Source of the DNA: a virus
Lineage: Duplodnaviria; Caudoviricetes
Direction: 5' to 3' (one strand)
Length of the DNA stretch: 56,985 nt
IMG/VR virus record: IMGVR_UViG_3300024334_000003
Span: 1-56,985 of that record
Of the stretch, positions 18,669 through 26,536 are shown piece after piece. The position numbers and the translations under genes are program-made. The notes beneath the pieces were generated by a model, which ran no database searches, was not told where the DNA came from, and saw nothing but the letters and a program-made list of their open reading frames with translations. How positions within the stretch are numbered: the stretch's first letter is position 1; the number at the start of each line of letters is the position of its first letter.

Positions 18669-18924
18669 CCTTCACCGTAATTGACAGCTCGTGCCAATCT
18701 ATTGTCTGAAGGCATCCATCAACGAAGTCCTTGAGGATTCCGTTAGGTAGTTTGCTGTAGGTATCCTCGACCATCATATCGAAGCAATCTCTACACCACT
18801 GGGGACTTGCTCCCGTTAGGTCTTTCGGATTCTCGGTGTCGATGTAGGTCTCTGCTAGACCATCAACAAAACCCCAGACGTTGACCAACCACGTCTCTCT
18901 GTTGCGGAATGATTCGTAACTCAT
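18637..18924 (-). CDS. Conserved phage early protein
   Basis: NRETWLVNVW..TIDWHEL motif. Confidence 0.8.
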   Translation of the reverse strand: MSYESFRNRETWLVNVWGFVDGLAETYIDTENPKDLTGASPQWCRDCFDMMVEDTYSKLPNGILKDFVDGCLQTIDWHELSITVKDTIKEQRETL

Positions 18925-19325
18925 GGTGTTGGTGCTTTAAGAATACCAGTCAACCGGTGATAGTCGCTCAGGATTCCGTTGCGACGAGCCATATCCATGC
19001 CTTGCTCGTAGGTGAAGTACTTGCGGTCGGGTTCTTCCATGTGGTCTTCCTCGGACACATCGTCCCATACGCTGTAGCGCAGAACTCCATCATCACCATA
19101 AACCCAGTACTCATCTCCCTCGCTGAAGGGAAACTTGAGCCTACGCTGGTACTCTGACCAGTCTTGCTTGAATGCCTCCAGCTTCTCATTAATCTTCAGC
19201 TTGTGATACTTCTTGTAGCTGACTTGCATTGGCACTCTCGATGAGTTGGTGTTGCCTGCGTACACTTGACAGAAGGCCATCATTGCCTCGTCTGTCCACT
19301 CGATATTACTATTTACTTTACTCAT
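18921..19325 (-). CDS. Early hypothetical protein
   Basis: MSK start downstream of a promoter copy. Confidence 0.8.
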   Translation of the reverse strand: MSKVNSNIEWTDEAMMAFCQVYAGNTNSSRVPMQVSYKKYHKLKINEKLEAFKQDWSEYQRRLKFPFSEGDEYWVYGDDGVLRYSVWDDVSEEDHMEEPDRKYFTYEQGMDMARRNGILSDYHRLTGILKAPTP

Positions 19326-19341
19326 GATGAAATGTTTTTAG

Positions 19342-19404
19342 GTTTCTATATCTATAACGCCAGAGTATCTGGGTTATTGCACTCCGTTTGTTAACGGATG
19401 TTAA
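19342..19404 (-). promoter_or_regulatory. ECF-like early promoter plus upstream TTAACA-N4-TTAACA box
   Basis: Plus AACG 19356, ATTG 19376, TGTTAACGGATGTTAA 19389-19404. Confidence 0.75.
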
Positions 19405-19884
19405 TTACCAAGATGAGCTGTACTCGAAGTCCATCGAGTGCTTCATATCCTTGGCTTGGATTTGCTGTTGCACAAGCTTCTCTATAACCTTTGCGGTCAT
19501 GCGCAAGTCTTCTAAGTAGTACTCATCAAACTCTGTGCTCCCGTAGAACATCCCACCTTGTGTGGGAAGTAGTTCCTCGGCTCGCTCTGGCGATGCGATG
19601 ACGGCAAGGCATGCGTGTCGCAACTCTTGTAGTTGCTCGATACCTACGTAGTACTTCCCGCAGTCATCATCTCCGTCCTGTACGTTATCAACGAACCACT
19701 TATGGATGGCGTTGGCCTTTCTCCAGCACAGCACCTCCTCGCGGATGCTGGTCACTTCGCCCACGCTTCCGAGGAAGGGTACGCTCTTGTTGTTCATCTT
19801 AGCAGAGACCTTGTAGTCTCTGTCTGGTCGGTGACTCCAGTTCCTCACATAGTGATTCCGAGTCAGGTACATATCTAATCCCAT
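19405..19884 (-). CDS. Conserved phage protein (MGLDMYL..WRKANAIH family)
   Basis: WRKANAIHKWFV.NVQ..DDC..ELLPT..G..YGST.FDEYY. Confidence 0.85.
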   Translation of the reverse strand: MGLDMYLTRNHYVRNWSHRPDRDYKVSAKMNNKSVPFLGSVGEVTSIREEVLCWRKANAIHKWFVDNVQDGDDDCGKYYVGIEQLQELRHACLAVIASPERAEELLPTQGGMFYGSTEFDEYYLEDLRMTAKVIEKLVQQQIQAKDMKHSMDFEYSSSW

Positions 19885-19909
19885 GGTGAATTGTTTTTGG
19901 GGGGTTAAC

Positions 19910-20143
19910 TTAAATGTCCAGTGATTCTAGCTTCCAGAATAACGATATGACATCGTTGAAGTCTGTGAACTTGGTCTCAGAAACTTGGTCTCCGCTCTCT
20001 GAGAACACTACAGCTTCATTGATTCCGTTGAGCGTTGTGATTGACAGCTCAAGCTTTCCGATTTGAATCTTCATGACTCCGGCTTCGGTGGCCTTGTTTT
20101 GTGTCACGCTGAAGTGACGTGGGGTTTTATCGAACATACTCAT
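19910..20143 (-). CDS. Early hypothetical protein
   Basis: Shared AAAAACAATTCA leader; promoter upstream. Confidence 0.8.
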   Translation of the reverse strand: MSMFDKTPRHFSVTQNKATEAGVMKIQIGKLELSITTLNGINEAVVFSESGDQVSETKFTDFNDVISLFWKLESLDI

Positions 20144-20159
20144 ATTGAATTGTTTTTTG

Positions 20160-20201
20160 GTTTCTATAGTTAGAACGGCAGAAACTCGTGAGTTATTGTG
20201 C
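20160..20201 (-). promoter_or_regulatory. ECF-like early promoter copy
   Basis: Plus AACG 20174, ATTGTG 20195; embedded in the 3' end of the upstream gene. Confidence 0.7.
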
Positions 20202-20403
20202 CATCCTCGGATAAACTTCCTTGGTCGATGAGGTGACGAGCAGTACGACCATAGCTACCTTGAAGTGACCAAGCCATGCCAGTTTGGATGAGCACGGAGA
20301 ACAACTCCAATACTTCTTCAACTGTAGATTGTCGCTCCTCGAAGCTGATAATCATGTCGGTCAACTGACCTCTCTCTGGGATTGCGGCTTTACTCTTCAT
20401 CAT
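20170..20403 (-). CDS. Conserved phage early protein; probable start 20403 or 20400
   Basis: LELFSVLIQTGMAWSLQGSYGRTARHLI motif. Confidence 0.75.
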   Translation of the reverse strand: MMKSKAAIPERGQLTDMIISFEERQSTVEEVLELFSVLIQTGMAWSLQGSYGRTARHLIDQGSLSEDGTITHEFLPF

Positions 20404-20641
20404 CTTCCTCAATGGTTTCAAATTCAACTCCCGTGTACTCTTCGATTGCGCCATCTATCCTGTCATGCAGTTCGGTGACAAAATCCTTGAGGTCACTGAG
20501 CATTTCCTTTGCGCTCATGCTTCGCGTGCAACACTGAATCTCGTAGTGCATCTCACGAGCATGTGGTAGTAGCTCGGATACCTCCATGATGGCGGGAGCG
20601 CAGTCCCATCCGTCTTCTGTTGTCTTAATGATTTTACTCAT
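20390..20641 (-). CDS. Early acidic hypothetical protein
   Basis: Shared leader and MSK start. Confidence 0.8.
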   Translation of the reverse strand: MSKIIKTTEDGWDCAPAIMEVSELLPHAREMHYEIQCCTRSMSAKEMLSDLKDFVTELHDRIDGAIEEYTGVEFETIEEDDEE

Positions 20642-20660
20642 GGTGAATTGTTTTTGTGGT

Positions 20661-20723
20661 GTTTCTATAGTTAGAACGCACCTTGTTCTGAGATATTGTC
20701 CGTCGTTTGTTAACGGATGTTAA
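20661..20723 (-). promoter_or_regulatory. ECF-like early promoter plus TTAACA-N4-TTAACA box
   Basis: Plus AACG 20675, ATTGTC 20695, TGTTAACGGATGTTAA 20708-20723. Confidence 0.75.
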
Positions 20724-20877
20724 TTAACTCCATCAAGCTGTACTTAGCATCAAGTGCATCAGCTACTAGCATCTGGGATTCTAGGTCAACTCCTTGGAAG
20801 AAGTTGTATGCTTCCACCAGCTCTTCCTTCGATAGGTTAAGCTCGATGAATGGGTTGTGTGCGTTATCGAACATCAT
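20710..20877 (-). CDS. 55-aa hypothetical protein, not in the ORF track
   Basis: MMFDNAHNPFIELNLSKEELVEAYNFF...; ATGA-coupled to the upstream stop; fills the gap. Confidence 0.6.
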   Translation of the reverse strand: MMFDNAHNPFIELNLSKEELVEAYNFFQGVDLESQMLVADALDAKYSLMELINIR

Positions 20878-22079
20878 GCCGCATGTATTTGGTTCTGGTG
20901 ATTAGTCAAGTTGCTTTCAGCCTGCTCTTGCTCCTCCTCCAGCTTAACCAACTCAGCCCTTTCTTGAACGAGCTGTTCTCTCATGTTGTTGATGCGATTG
21001 ACTTTGTTCTCCACTCGTCGCTTTGCTGTAGCATCTCTGTCTGATAGCCCTCGCAACTTATCAGCATCCTCATACTTGAGTCCAGATGCAATCACGTTCG
21101 CCTCTGGCTTGACCTTAGAGCACTCAACGCACCCGAAAGACTCTGAGCCAACTTTCACTACAGAGAACGTAGTCTGCTCTGGCAGTTCCACGCACTGGGC
21201 ATCGGCCAGCTGTCGAATCTCGTCCTGTGTGAACAGGTCTTGAATCAATGGCATACCTCGCTCGCATTGTCGAATCGCTGACTCTACTGCCCGCAGTTCT
21301 CGGTCGTGTAGCTTATAAGACAGCCCCACGATAACGTCGTACAGCTTGTCCTCGAACGCCACTATCCTCCATGGATTGACTGAATTGGTAGTCAGTTTTT
21401 CTACGACATACACAGGGGAGTCAGTATCTTTTACGACACGTAGTTGGTGACCAATGAAGAGTACACGAGTAAACATGTCAATGTGGTCATCGAACACAGC
21501 ATCGGTGAACTCGTAGCACACCCGCCCATCTTCAAGTCCAGCGCGTAGCGGATTACCCTTGCGTACTGCCTTGAGATATTTGCCTCTCTTGATAGACCTT
21601 TTAACGTCTTCGTTGTGGTCTAGTAGCTCTTGGTTGTCAATGCTCTTTTTGCCTAAGACAAATTCTAAAACTCGGTTTATGTCGTACTCACTAACACGAC
21701 TGCTGTATGATGAATGGCTTGACCCATTGCCGTTCGCCTCCTCCAATACAGCCTCACCTTCCTCACATAGCGATATCGTGTAGTCAGACTTGTTTGGTAC
21801 GACTTCAACGAACCGCTTGCATATAGCCACATCATCCCCACTAATTACAGACAACCTAGCCTTTGCCATAGCCTTGGCGTTCTCCGGTTTTTGGAGCTGA
21901 TAGTAATCTGCTGGGATGAGGCCGAAGCTGTTAGCTGTAAGCTTGATGTACTCGTCTCGGATTGCTCGCTCAATCTTGTAGATGTTTGCAAACGAATCTT
22001 TGCGTAGTCTTACAAGTGCGATGATGGCTGACTTGGAATCAGGCGTGAAGGCAATGTCGTTTTTCTTGGTAACTCTCAT
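20874..22079 (-). CDS. Early hypothetical protein (401 aa, C-terminal coiled coil)
   Basis: Long ORF with shared leader and promoter. Confidence 0.85.
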   Translation of the reverse strand: MRVTKKNDIAFTPDSKSAIIALVRLRKDSFANIYKIERAIRDEYIKLTANSFGLIPADYYQLQKPENAKAMAKARLSVISGDDVAICKRFVEVVPNKSDYTISLCEEGEAVLEEANGNGSSHSSYSSRVSEYDINRVLEFVLGKKSIDNQELLDHNEDVKRSIKRGKYLKAVRKGNPLRAGLEDGRVCYEFTDAVFDDHIDMFTRVLFIGHQLRVVKDTDSPVYVVEKLTTNSVNPWRIVAFEDKLYDVIVGLSYKLHDRELRAVESAIRQCERGMPLIQDLFTQDEIRQLADAQCVELPEQTTFSVVKVGSESFGCVECSKVKPEANVIASGLKYEDADKLRGLSDRDATAKRRVENKVNRINNMREQLVQERAELVKLEEEQEQAESNLTNHQNQIHAA

Positions 22080-22099
22080 ATTGAATTGTTTTTAATGAT

Positions 22100-22163
22100 G
22101 TCTTCTGTAGTAATAACGCGGCAAGTTTGCTGTTATTGTGCGCAGTATGTTAACGGATGTTAA
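22100..22163 (-). promoter_or_regulatory. ECF-like early promoter plus TTAACA-N4-TTAACA box
   Basis: Plus AACG 22115, ATTGTG 22135, TGTTAACGGATGTTAA 22148-22163. Confidence 0.75.
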
Positions 22164-22453
22164 TCCTTCACGTAGTTCTCGTCTAAGGTCACGAAGACCT
22201 TTACCTCCACGCATTCGCCGAATAGTCCTGTCAGGTCACATCCACAGATGTATCGCTCACTTGACGTGCACTCGAACTCGATGCTAACAAAGTCTGGGTA
22301 GTCCTCCTCAGCCGTCGCGTTATACCAACCCACCTCACGCTCAAGGAGGAACTCCTCGTTTGCGTTGAGACCCTCGAAGTCTCCGTTGAAGATTGCAGGA
22401 AGGAAGTGCTTGCCGCAAGTCATGGTGTCTATCTTAATCATTTTCTGTCCCAT
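22160..22453 (-). CDS. Early hypothetical protein
   Basis: 97 aa; LPAIFNGDFEGL..EE. Confidence 0.75.
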   Translation of the reverse strand: MGQKMIKIDTMTCGKHFLPAIFNGDFEGLNANEEFLLEREVGWYNATAEEDYPDFVSIEFECTSSERYICGCDLTGLFGECVEVKVFVTLDENYVKD

Positions 22454-22465
22454 ACTATTTTCTGT

Positions 22466-22801
22466 TTAGTGTCCGGCGGCGCGTCTAGCCTTCCATCCAT
22501 TAGGCTTGTGAAACTTGGTCTTTACAGCCTCACCTTGATACGCCCAAGAGTCCTCAAGCGGAGTCAGGTTCTTTCCATACCAAACCTCATCGACGTTCCA
22601 GCCCTTAGTCCTCTCCATGTATGCAATGAAGTTGTCCACGTGGCTCTCGTTGTTGAACGTCTTGGAGCATGCCCATGTGCCCTTCCCCCATGCACTACCA
22701 GTGTAGAACTGGATGGTGGCGCGGAACTTGCGGTCGGTTCGGACTACTCCAGTCTCTGGGTAGCTTGCGTAGGCAATCGGTGTTGAGTCGTATTTTTTCA
22801 T
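22466..22801 (-). CDS. Early hypothetical protein
   Basis: 111 aa directly downstream of a promoter. Confidence 0.75.
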   Translation of the reverse strand: MKKYDSTPIAYASYPETGVVRTDRKFRATIQFYTGSAWGKGTWACSKTFNNESHVDNFIAYMERTKGWNVDEVWYGKNLTPLEDSWAYQGEAVKTKFHKPNGWKARRAAGH

Positions 22802-22810
22802 GTTTCTCTC

Positions 22811-22874
22811 GTTTCTATAGTAGTAACGCTGGATGTATTCGTTTTATTGTGCGCTACTTGTGAATTAATGTTAA
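22811..22874 (-). promoter_or_regulatory. ECF-like early promoter plus variant box
   Basis: Plus AACG 22825, ATTGTG 22846, TGTGAATTAATGTTAA 22859-22874. Confidence 0.75.
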
Positions 22875-22898
22875 CGCCCCGAAGGGCGGAGGGGAGGC

Positions 22899-23825
22899 TC
22901 ACGCCTCTCCCCCCATGATGAAGTCCACAGCCTTCATTGCCTTGTTCGCGGCAGACAGAGCCATCTTCGGCTTGTCCTTCAACTGCTTGACCCAGTTGTT
23001 GACGTAGGCTTGGCTGTTCACGTGGTCATCCTTTGGCTTGATGCCTGTGAGACCCACGAGGAACTGCGCACCAATCTCAGCCACCAGCTCCTCTTTGCTG
23101 TAGTCCTCAGACCCGAAGGCAGCCACCTTGTTCAGGCGATTCAAGATATCCTCGTGACCAGTGCTGTGCACCAACTCATGAAACAGAGTCTTGTAGTAGT
23201 CATCGTTGGTGACGAAGGTCTCAGGCTTGGGCATCTGGACGTGGTGGCGCATTGGAGCGTAGAACGCGCTGGCTCCGCCGTGACCCAACGTGGGCTTGTG
23301 CTTGGTGGGGTACAGCTCTGCGTACACCTTCTCAGCCTCACCGATTGGATTGAACTGCTCCGCTGGCTCGACCGGAGTCATGGGCTTGCGGCGTGGCTCG
23401 ATGCCTTCGCACTGGGCGATGTTGAACACGTTCCAGAGGCGTGGGCTGAAAAGCTTGTCGAACGCCATGCCTACAGGGATGTCCTGAATCTTGCGGTAGA
23501 ACTTGCCGTCCTCACCCTTGTAGCTGATGTTCCAGAACACAATCTCAGTTCCTGTAGAACCCTTAACCACATTGCCGCCAGCCTTAGCCGCCTGCTTGTA
23601 GGTCAACCATTCGTTGTGCTCGTAGCCATTGGCCGTCTGCTCGATGCAGAGGAACAGCTGGTTGAGACCACGATAGGCTTTCCCCGTGGTGTTATTGATG
23701 GGCATCAAAGCACCCATGCCGTCACCTGCGTTCCAAGGCTTGAACCACTGGAGACCCTTGGTCTGGAGACCTTCGATGATGCGGTCGGTGACCTGCTGGT
23801 AGACGTCTTTCTTCGCTTTGCTCAT
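22899..23825 (-). CDS. ardC: ArdC-like antirestriction protein (ssDNA-binding domain plus zincin); start ATG 23825
   Basis: VYQQVTDRII..WFKPW..N.TTGKAYRGLN..WLTYKQA..GG.V.KG..FNIAQ; FHELVHSTGH..FGSEDYSKEELVAE. Confidence 0.92.
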   Translation of the reverse strand: MSKAKKDVYQQVTDRIIEGLQTKGLQWFKPWNAGDGMGALMPINNTTGKAYRGLNQLFLCIEQTANGYEHNEWLTYKQAAKAGGNVVKGSTGTEIVFWNISYKGEDGKFYRKIQDIPVGMAFDKLFSPRLWNVFNIAQCEGIEPRRKPMTPVEPAEQFNPIGEAEKVYAELYPTKHKPTLGHGGASAFYAPMRHHVQMPKPETFVTNDDYYKTLFHELVHSTGHEDILNRLNKVAAFGSEDYSKEELVAEIGAQFLVGLTGIKPKDDHVNSQAYVNNWVKQLKDKPKMALSAANKAMKAVDFIMGGEA

Positions 23826-23862
23826 GGCTTTCAATTTGTGGGGAGACTGGATTGCCTCCCCT

Positions 23863-23904
23863 GTTTCTATAGTGTTAACGTATCTCGGTTTCTGCTTATT
23901 GTGC
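23863..23904 (-). promoter_or_regulatory. ECF-like early promoter of ardC, followed by a leader hairpin (about 23840-23861)
   Basis: Plus AACG 23877, ATTGTG 23898; GGGGAG..CTCCCC stem between promoter and ATG. Confidence 0.75.
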
Positions 23905-24213
23905 AAGTGCTGAGAAATCTCCCATGCCGATACTGGACTTGAGATTGATGTGCGTTCTCCTGATATCGTTCATCGTGCTCCTTGCGGCTACTAGCTCGTC
24001 TAGGGCTACTGCCTCACGCTCTTGGATATTGCGCTTAGTCTGGTCGCACAAGCACAAGGCTTCAGCGGTTCGCAACTCACTTTCGATGGATTCAAGGCTG
24101 AACTTAGCCATCCCGAATGCAGTCTCAGCAAGGACTCTGGCACTCTTCAAGTGCATCTCAACCATTTCGATAGTCGCTTGCAATCCGTTGTTTTTGTTGG
24201 TTATCTCGTTCAT
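23896..24213 (-). CDS. First gene of the early arm, coiled-coil hypothetical protein
   Basis: 105 aa with A/C-rich leader. Confidence 0.7.
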   Translation of the reverse strand: MNEITNKNNGLQATIEMVEMHLKSARVLAETAFGMAKFSLESIESELRTAEALCLCDQTKRNIQEREAVALDELVAARSTMNDIRRTHINLKSSIGMGDFSALAQ

Positions 24214-24264
24214 AATCAGTGTGTTATGTGGTTTATGTTATCTATTTAGCTATCGCGTTGTTGA

Positions 24265-24320
24265 GTGTATAACGGATATCAATCTTGTTCTAGTATGAGC
24301 TAATTGCCAACAGATGTTAA
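24265..24320 (-). promoter_or_regulatory. Degenerate early promoter plus box
   Basis: Plus AACG 24271, AGTATG 24292, TGCCAACAGATGTTAA 24305-24320 with the same spacings. Confidence 0.5.
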
Positions 24321-24686
24321 TGCCCCATTTGTGGGTAGCGTATAGGAGCAACCGAATGCAGGGGTGGTGATTGTGCCTTGGGTCTTTGGTTCTCGTCCAC
24401 CAATCGGTTGTCTGTAGCTCACGTCTCAGACCATGGATGGAGCAGGCCATCGACCAGACCAGCAGAGCACGCAAGCAAAAAGCTAGAATGTTTGGCGGCA
24501 ACCCGACACGTTTGCAGGGGGTGGGGTCAGCGATTGCGTTTCGGTTTGCGCAGCGTAGCGTCTGTGTGTATGTATAATCCCCCGGGCATACATTACTCAT
24601 CGCTTTTTTCACCTGAAAAGCGTATCAGCATGAGGGTTTTAAATACTACTTTTGTCGGGCAATCGTTTTCAATCTCATAAAGGCAC

Positions 24687-24717
24687 TTGACTTTCTAAAT
24701 TTTTTCGTGTACCTTCG
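24687..24717 (+). promoter_or_regulatory. Bacteroidota primary-sigma promoter opening the plus arm
   Basis: TTGA about 19 nt upstream of TACCTTCG (24710-24717), a variant of TAnnTTTG. Confidence 0.55.
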
Positions 24718-24867
24718 CATAAGCTTAGCAACGGACGCTTCACGTAGAGTGCTAGTAGAGCACTCACGTATAGCTACGACAGCATCCAGCATTTCTGGAA
24801 ACATGGCTATCGTTCTTGTTGAATACTAATAGTGTGCGGGGGAATGCTTTACCCTAAATCCAACCAC

Positions 24868-25989
24868 ATGTCACGCTATAAGTTCCATGCAATCTTTGTC
24901 CTATGGATGCTAACCCTCCTGCTTGTAAGCAAGGCCAACTCTCAGTGTGTCACATTCGGTGAGCCAGAGGATTTAGCTGTAAGAACAATGGGGTTCTTCC
25001 CAGATGAACCAGAATGGAAGACGGTCAACTACGTCGTTCACATTTACTACACTGACAGCATCTCTCACAGCAATCTACCGCTCTATATCGTTAACGATGC
25101 AGCTGCTCATCTGAATGAGGAGTTCGAGGAGGCGATGTATGAGTTTGATTTATTGGCCATAGAGTATCATGACTTTGATGAGTACGAAGATTCCTATGCG
25201 TTGCTCAACACTAATTGCATTCCTTACAATGGGTTTGCTTTTAACTCTATGAATGACTACTTAGAGGATATCGTATGGGACAGAGAAACGGTAATGAACG
25301 TACATGTATTCCCAGCTCTTTGTCAAGGCATACTAGGTTTTGCATGGACAGCGTACACACCTCAAACAACACTAGACGGAGTGTGGGTCAAGACAAGTGT
25401 ATTCGGAAGGCTAGGAGACCACCTATTGGATAATAGAGATGAGAACAAAACACTTATCCATGAGGTCGGTCACTTCCTAAGTTTGCATCACGTCTTTCGG
25501 AACGTAGACAACTGCGGACAAAACCTCGGTGATTGCGAGGAGACAGGAGACTTTGTTTGCGATACCCCGCCAACTAAACTGAACTGGAGTTGCGAGAACC
25601 CAATATGCCCCCCTGCCCTGTACAGCTACACACCGGACAATCACATGGACTACTATGTAGATTCATGCCGGCAACACTTTACTGAAGGTCAGATTGAGCG
25701 GATGCATAGCATGATTGAGATTACTAGGCCGGGCATGACGACGGGAGACCCGTATTGCGCAGGTGACATCAGCGGCGATTTAGTTGTAGGTACTAACGAC
25801 TTAATGCTTATGCTCAGCCATTGGGGTGACTTTAATTGGATTGAGGGAGACCTAAACGGAGATGGCTTCTTTACAGTTAGCGACCTTCAAATTGTACTAG
25901 CTAACTGGGGGCAGATTTGTTTCGGTTCGGAGCTCGACCCCTTCTATAGAGAAGAGCAAGTAAGGAGGAAGTCAGAAAGAAGGTTTTGA
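24868..25989 (+). CDS. Secreted M43 (pappalysin/ulilysin-like) zinc metalloprotease with C-terminal dockerin-like repeats
   Basis: Signal peptide; ILGFA; HEVGHFLSLHH; GDFVCDTPP; Met-turn NHMDY; FTEGQIERM; two GDxxGDxxVxxxDL repeats. Confidence 0.9.
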   Translation: MSRYKFHAIFVLWMLTLLLVSKANSQCVTFGEPEDLAVRTMGFFPDEPEWKTVNYVVHIYYTDSISHSNLPLYIVNDAAAHLNEEFEEAMYEFDLLAIEYHDFDEYEDSYALLNTNCIPYNGFAFNSMNDYLEDIVWDRETVMNVHVFPALCQGILGFAWTAYTPQTTLDGVWVKTSVFGRLGDHLLDNRDENKTLIHEVGHFLSLHHVFRNVDNCGQNLGDCEETGDFVCDTPPTKLNWSCENPICPPALYSYTPDNHMDYYVDSCRQHFTEGQIERMHSMIEITRPGMTTGDPYCAGDISGDLVVGTNDLMLMLSHWGDFNWIEGDLNGDGFFTVSDLQIVLANWGQICFGSELDPFYREEQVRRKSERRF

Positions 25990-26023
25990 GTTAATGTAGT
26001 ATTCATTTTACTACTTTTGTAGC

Positions 26024-26230
26024 ATGGACACATTGACGCAATTTGAGATGATTATCATTGCGGGTTCGATAATTGGAACGTGGATTAAACACAATTCAGA
26101 TTACGCGCACCTGAAGGGGAGAGTGATTGCACTTGAGAATGATAACGGGGAAATGAAGGATGACGTGAAGCAACTGCTCAAAGAAGTCCAAGAACTAAAG
26201 GTTTTGTTGGCCAAAAACCAACTACAATAA
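26024..26230 (+). CDS. Small membrane/coiled-coil protein
   Basis: N-terminal hydrophobic helix; TACTTTTG 4 nt before ATG. Confidence 0.75.
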   Translation: MDTLTQFEMIIIAGSIIGTWIKHNSDYAHLKGRVIALENDNGEMKDDVKQLLKEVQELKVLLAKNQLQ

Positions 26231-26256
26231 CCTACAGCTAATAGCGTTATAGGTCT

Positions 26257-26523
26257 ATGAAAGACCCTATACACCTCTGCGACGTTGTTCTTCACGACGG
26301 CAAAACCAAAAAAGATTACCGCATAAATGATGTGGTTCTTTCTGGCAACGATAAAAGTCTCATCTGGGGAAGTGACGTACACCGAGATAGACTAATACAG
26401 CTCGCGTTCAAGAGTCCTGCTAGAATTAAGAAGCAGAAAGATAACTTAAGACTGAGCGTAAAGTCCATTGACTTCAAGGTTCATGTTGGATACAGCAATC
26501 ACAAATGGGGTCTCACCAAATGA
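26257..26523 (+). CDS. Hypothetical protein
   Basis: 88-aa ORF. Confidence 0.7.
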   Translation: MKDPIHLCDVVLHDGKTKKDYRINDVVLSGNDKSLIWGSDVHRDRLIQLAFKSPARIKKQKDNLRLSVKSIDFKVHVGYSNHKWGLTK

Positions 26524-26536
26524 CTATATTTGCGTT

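Noticed and set aside
23010-23942. 310-aa plus-strand ORF
   Set aside because: Antisense shadow of the GC-richer ardC gene with no recognisable features
18627-24320. CRISPR array or integron attC sites
   Set aside because: Repeats are degenerate, bipartite, separated by whole genes and not palindromic; no cas or integrase gene
24250-24680. Three short overlapping ORFs in the divergence region
   Set aside because: Non-ATG starts, atypical composition, and overlap with promoter and hairpin elements
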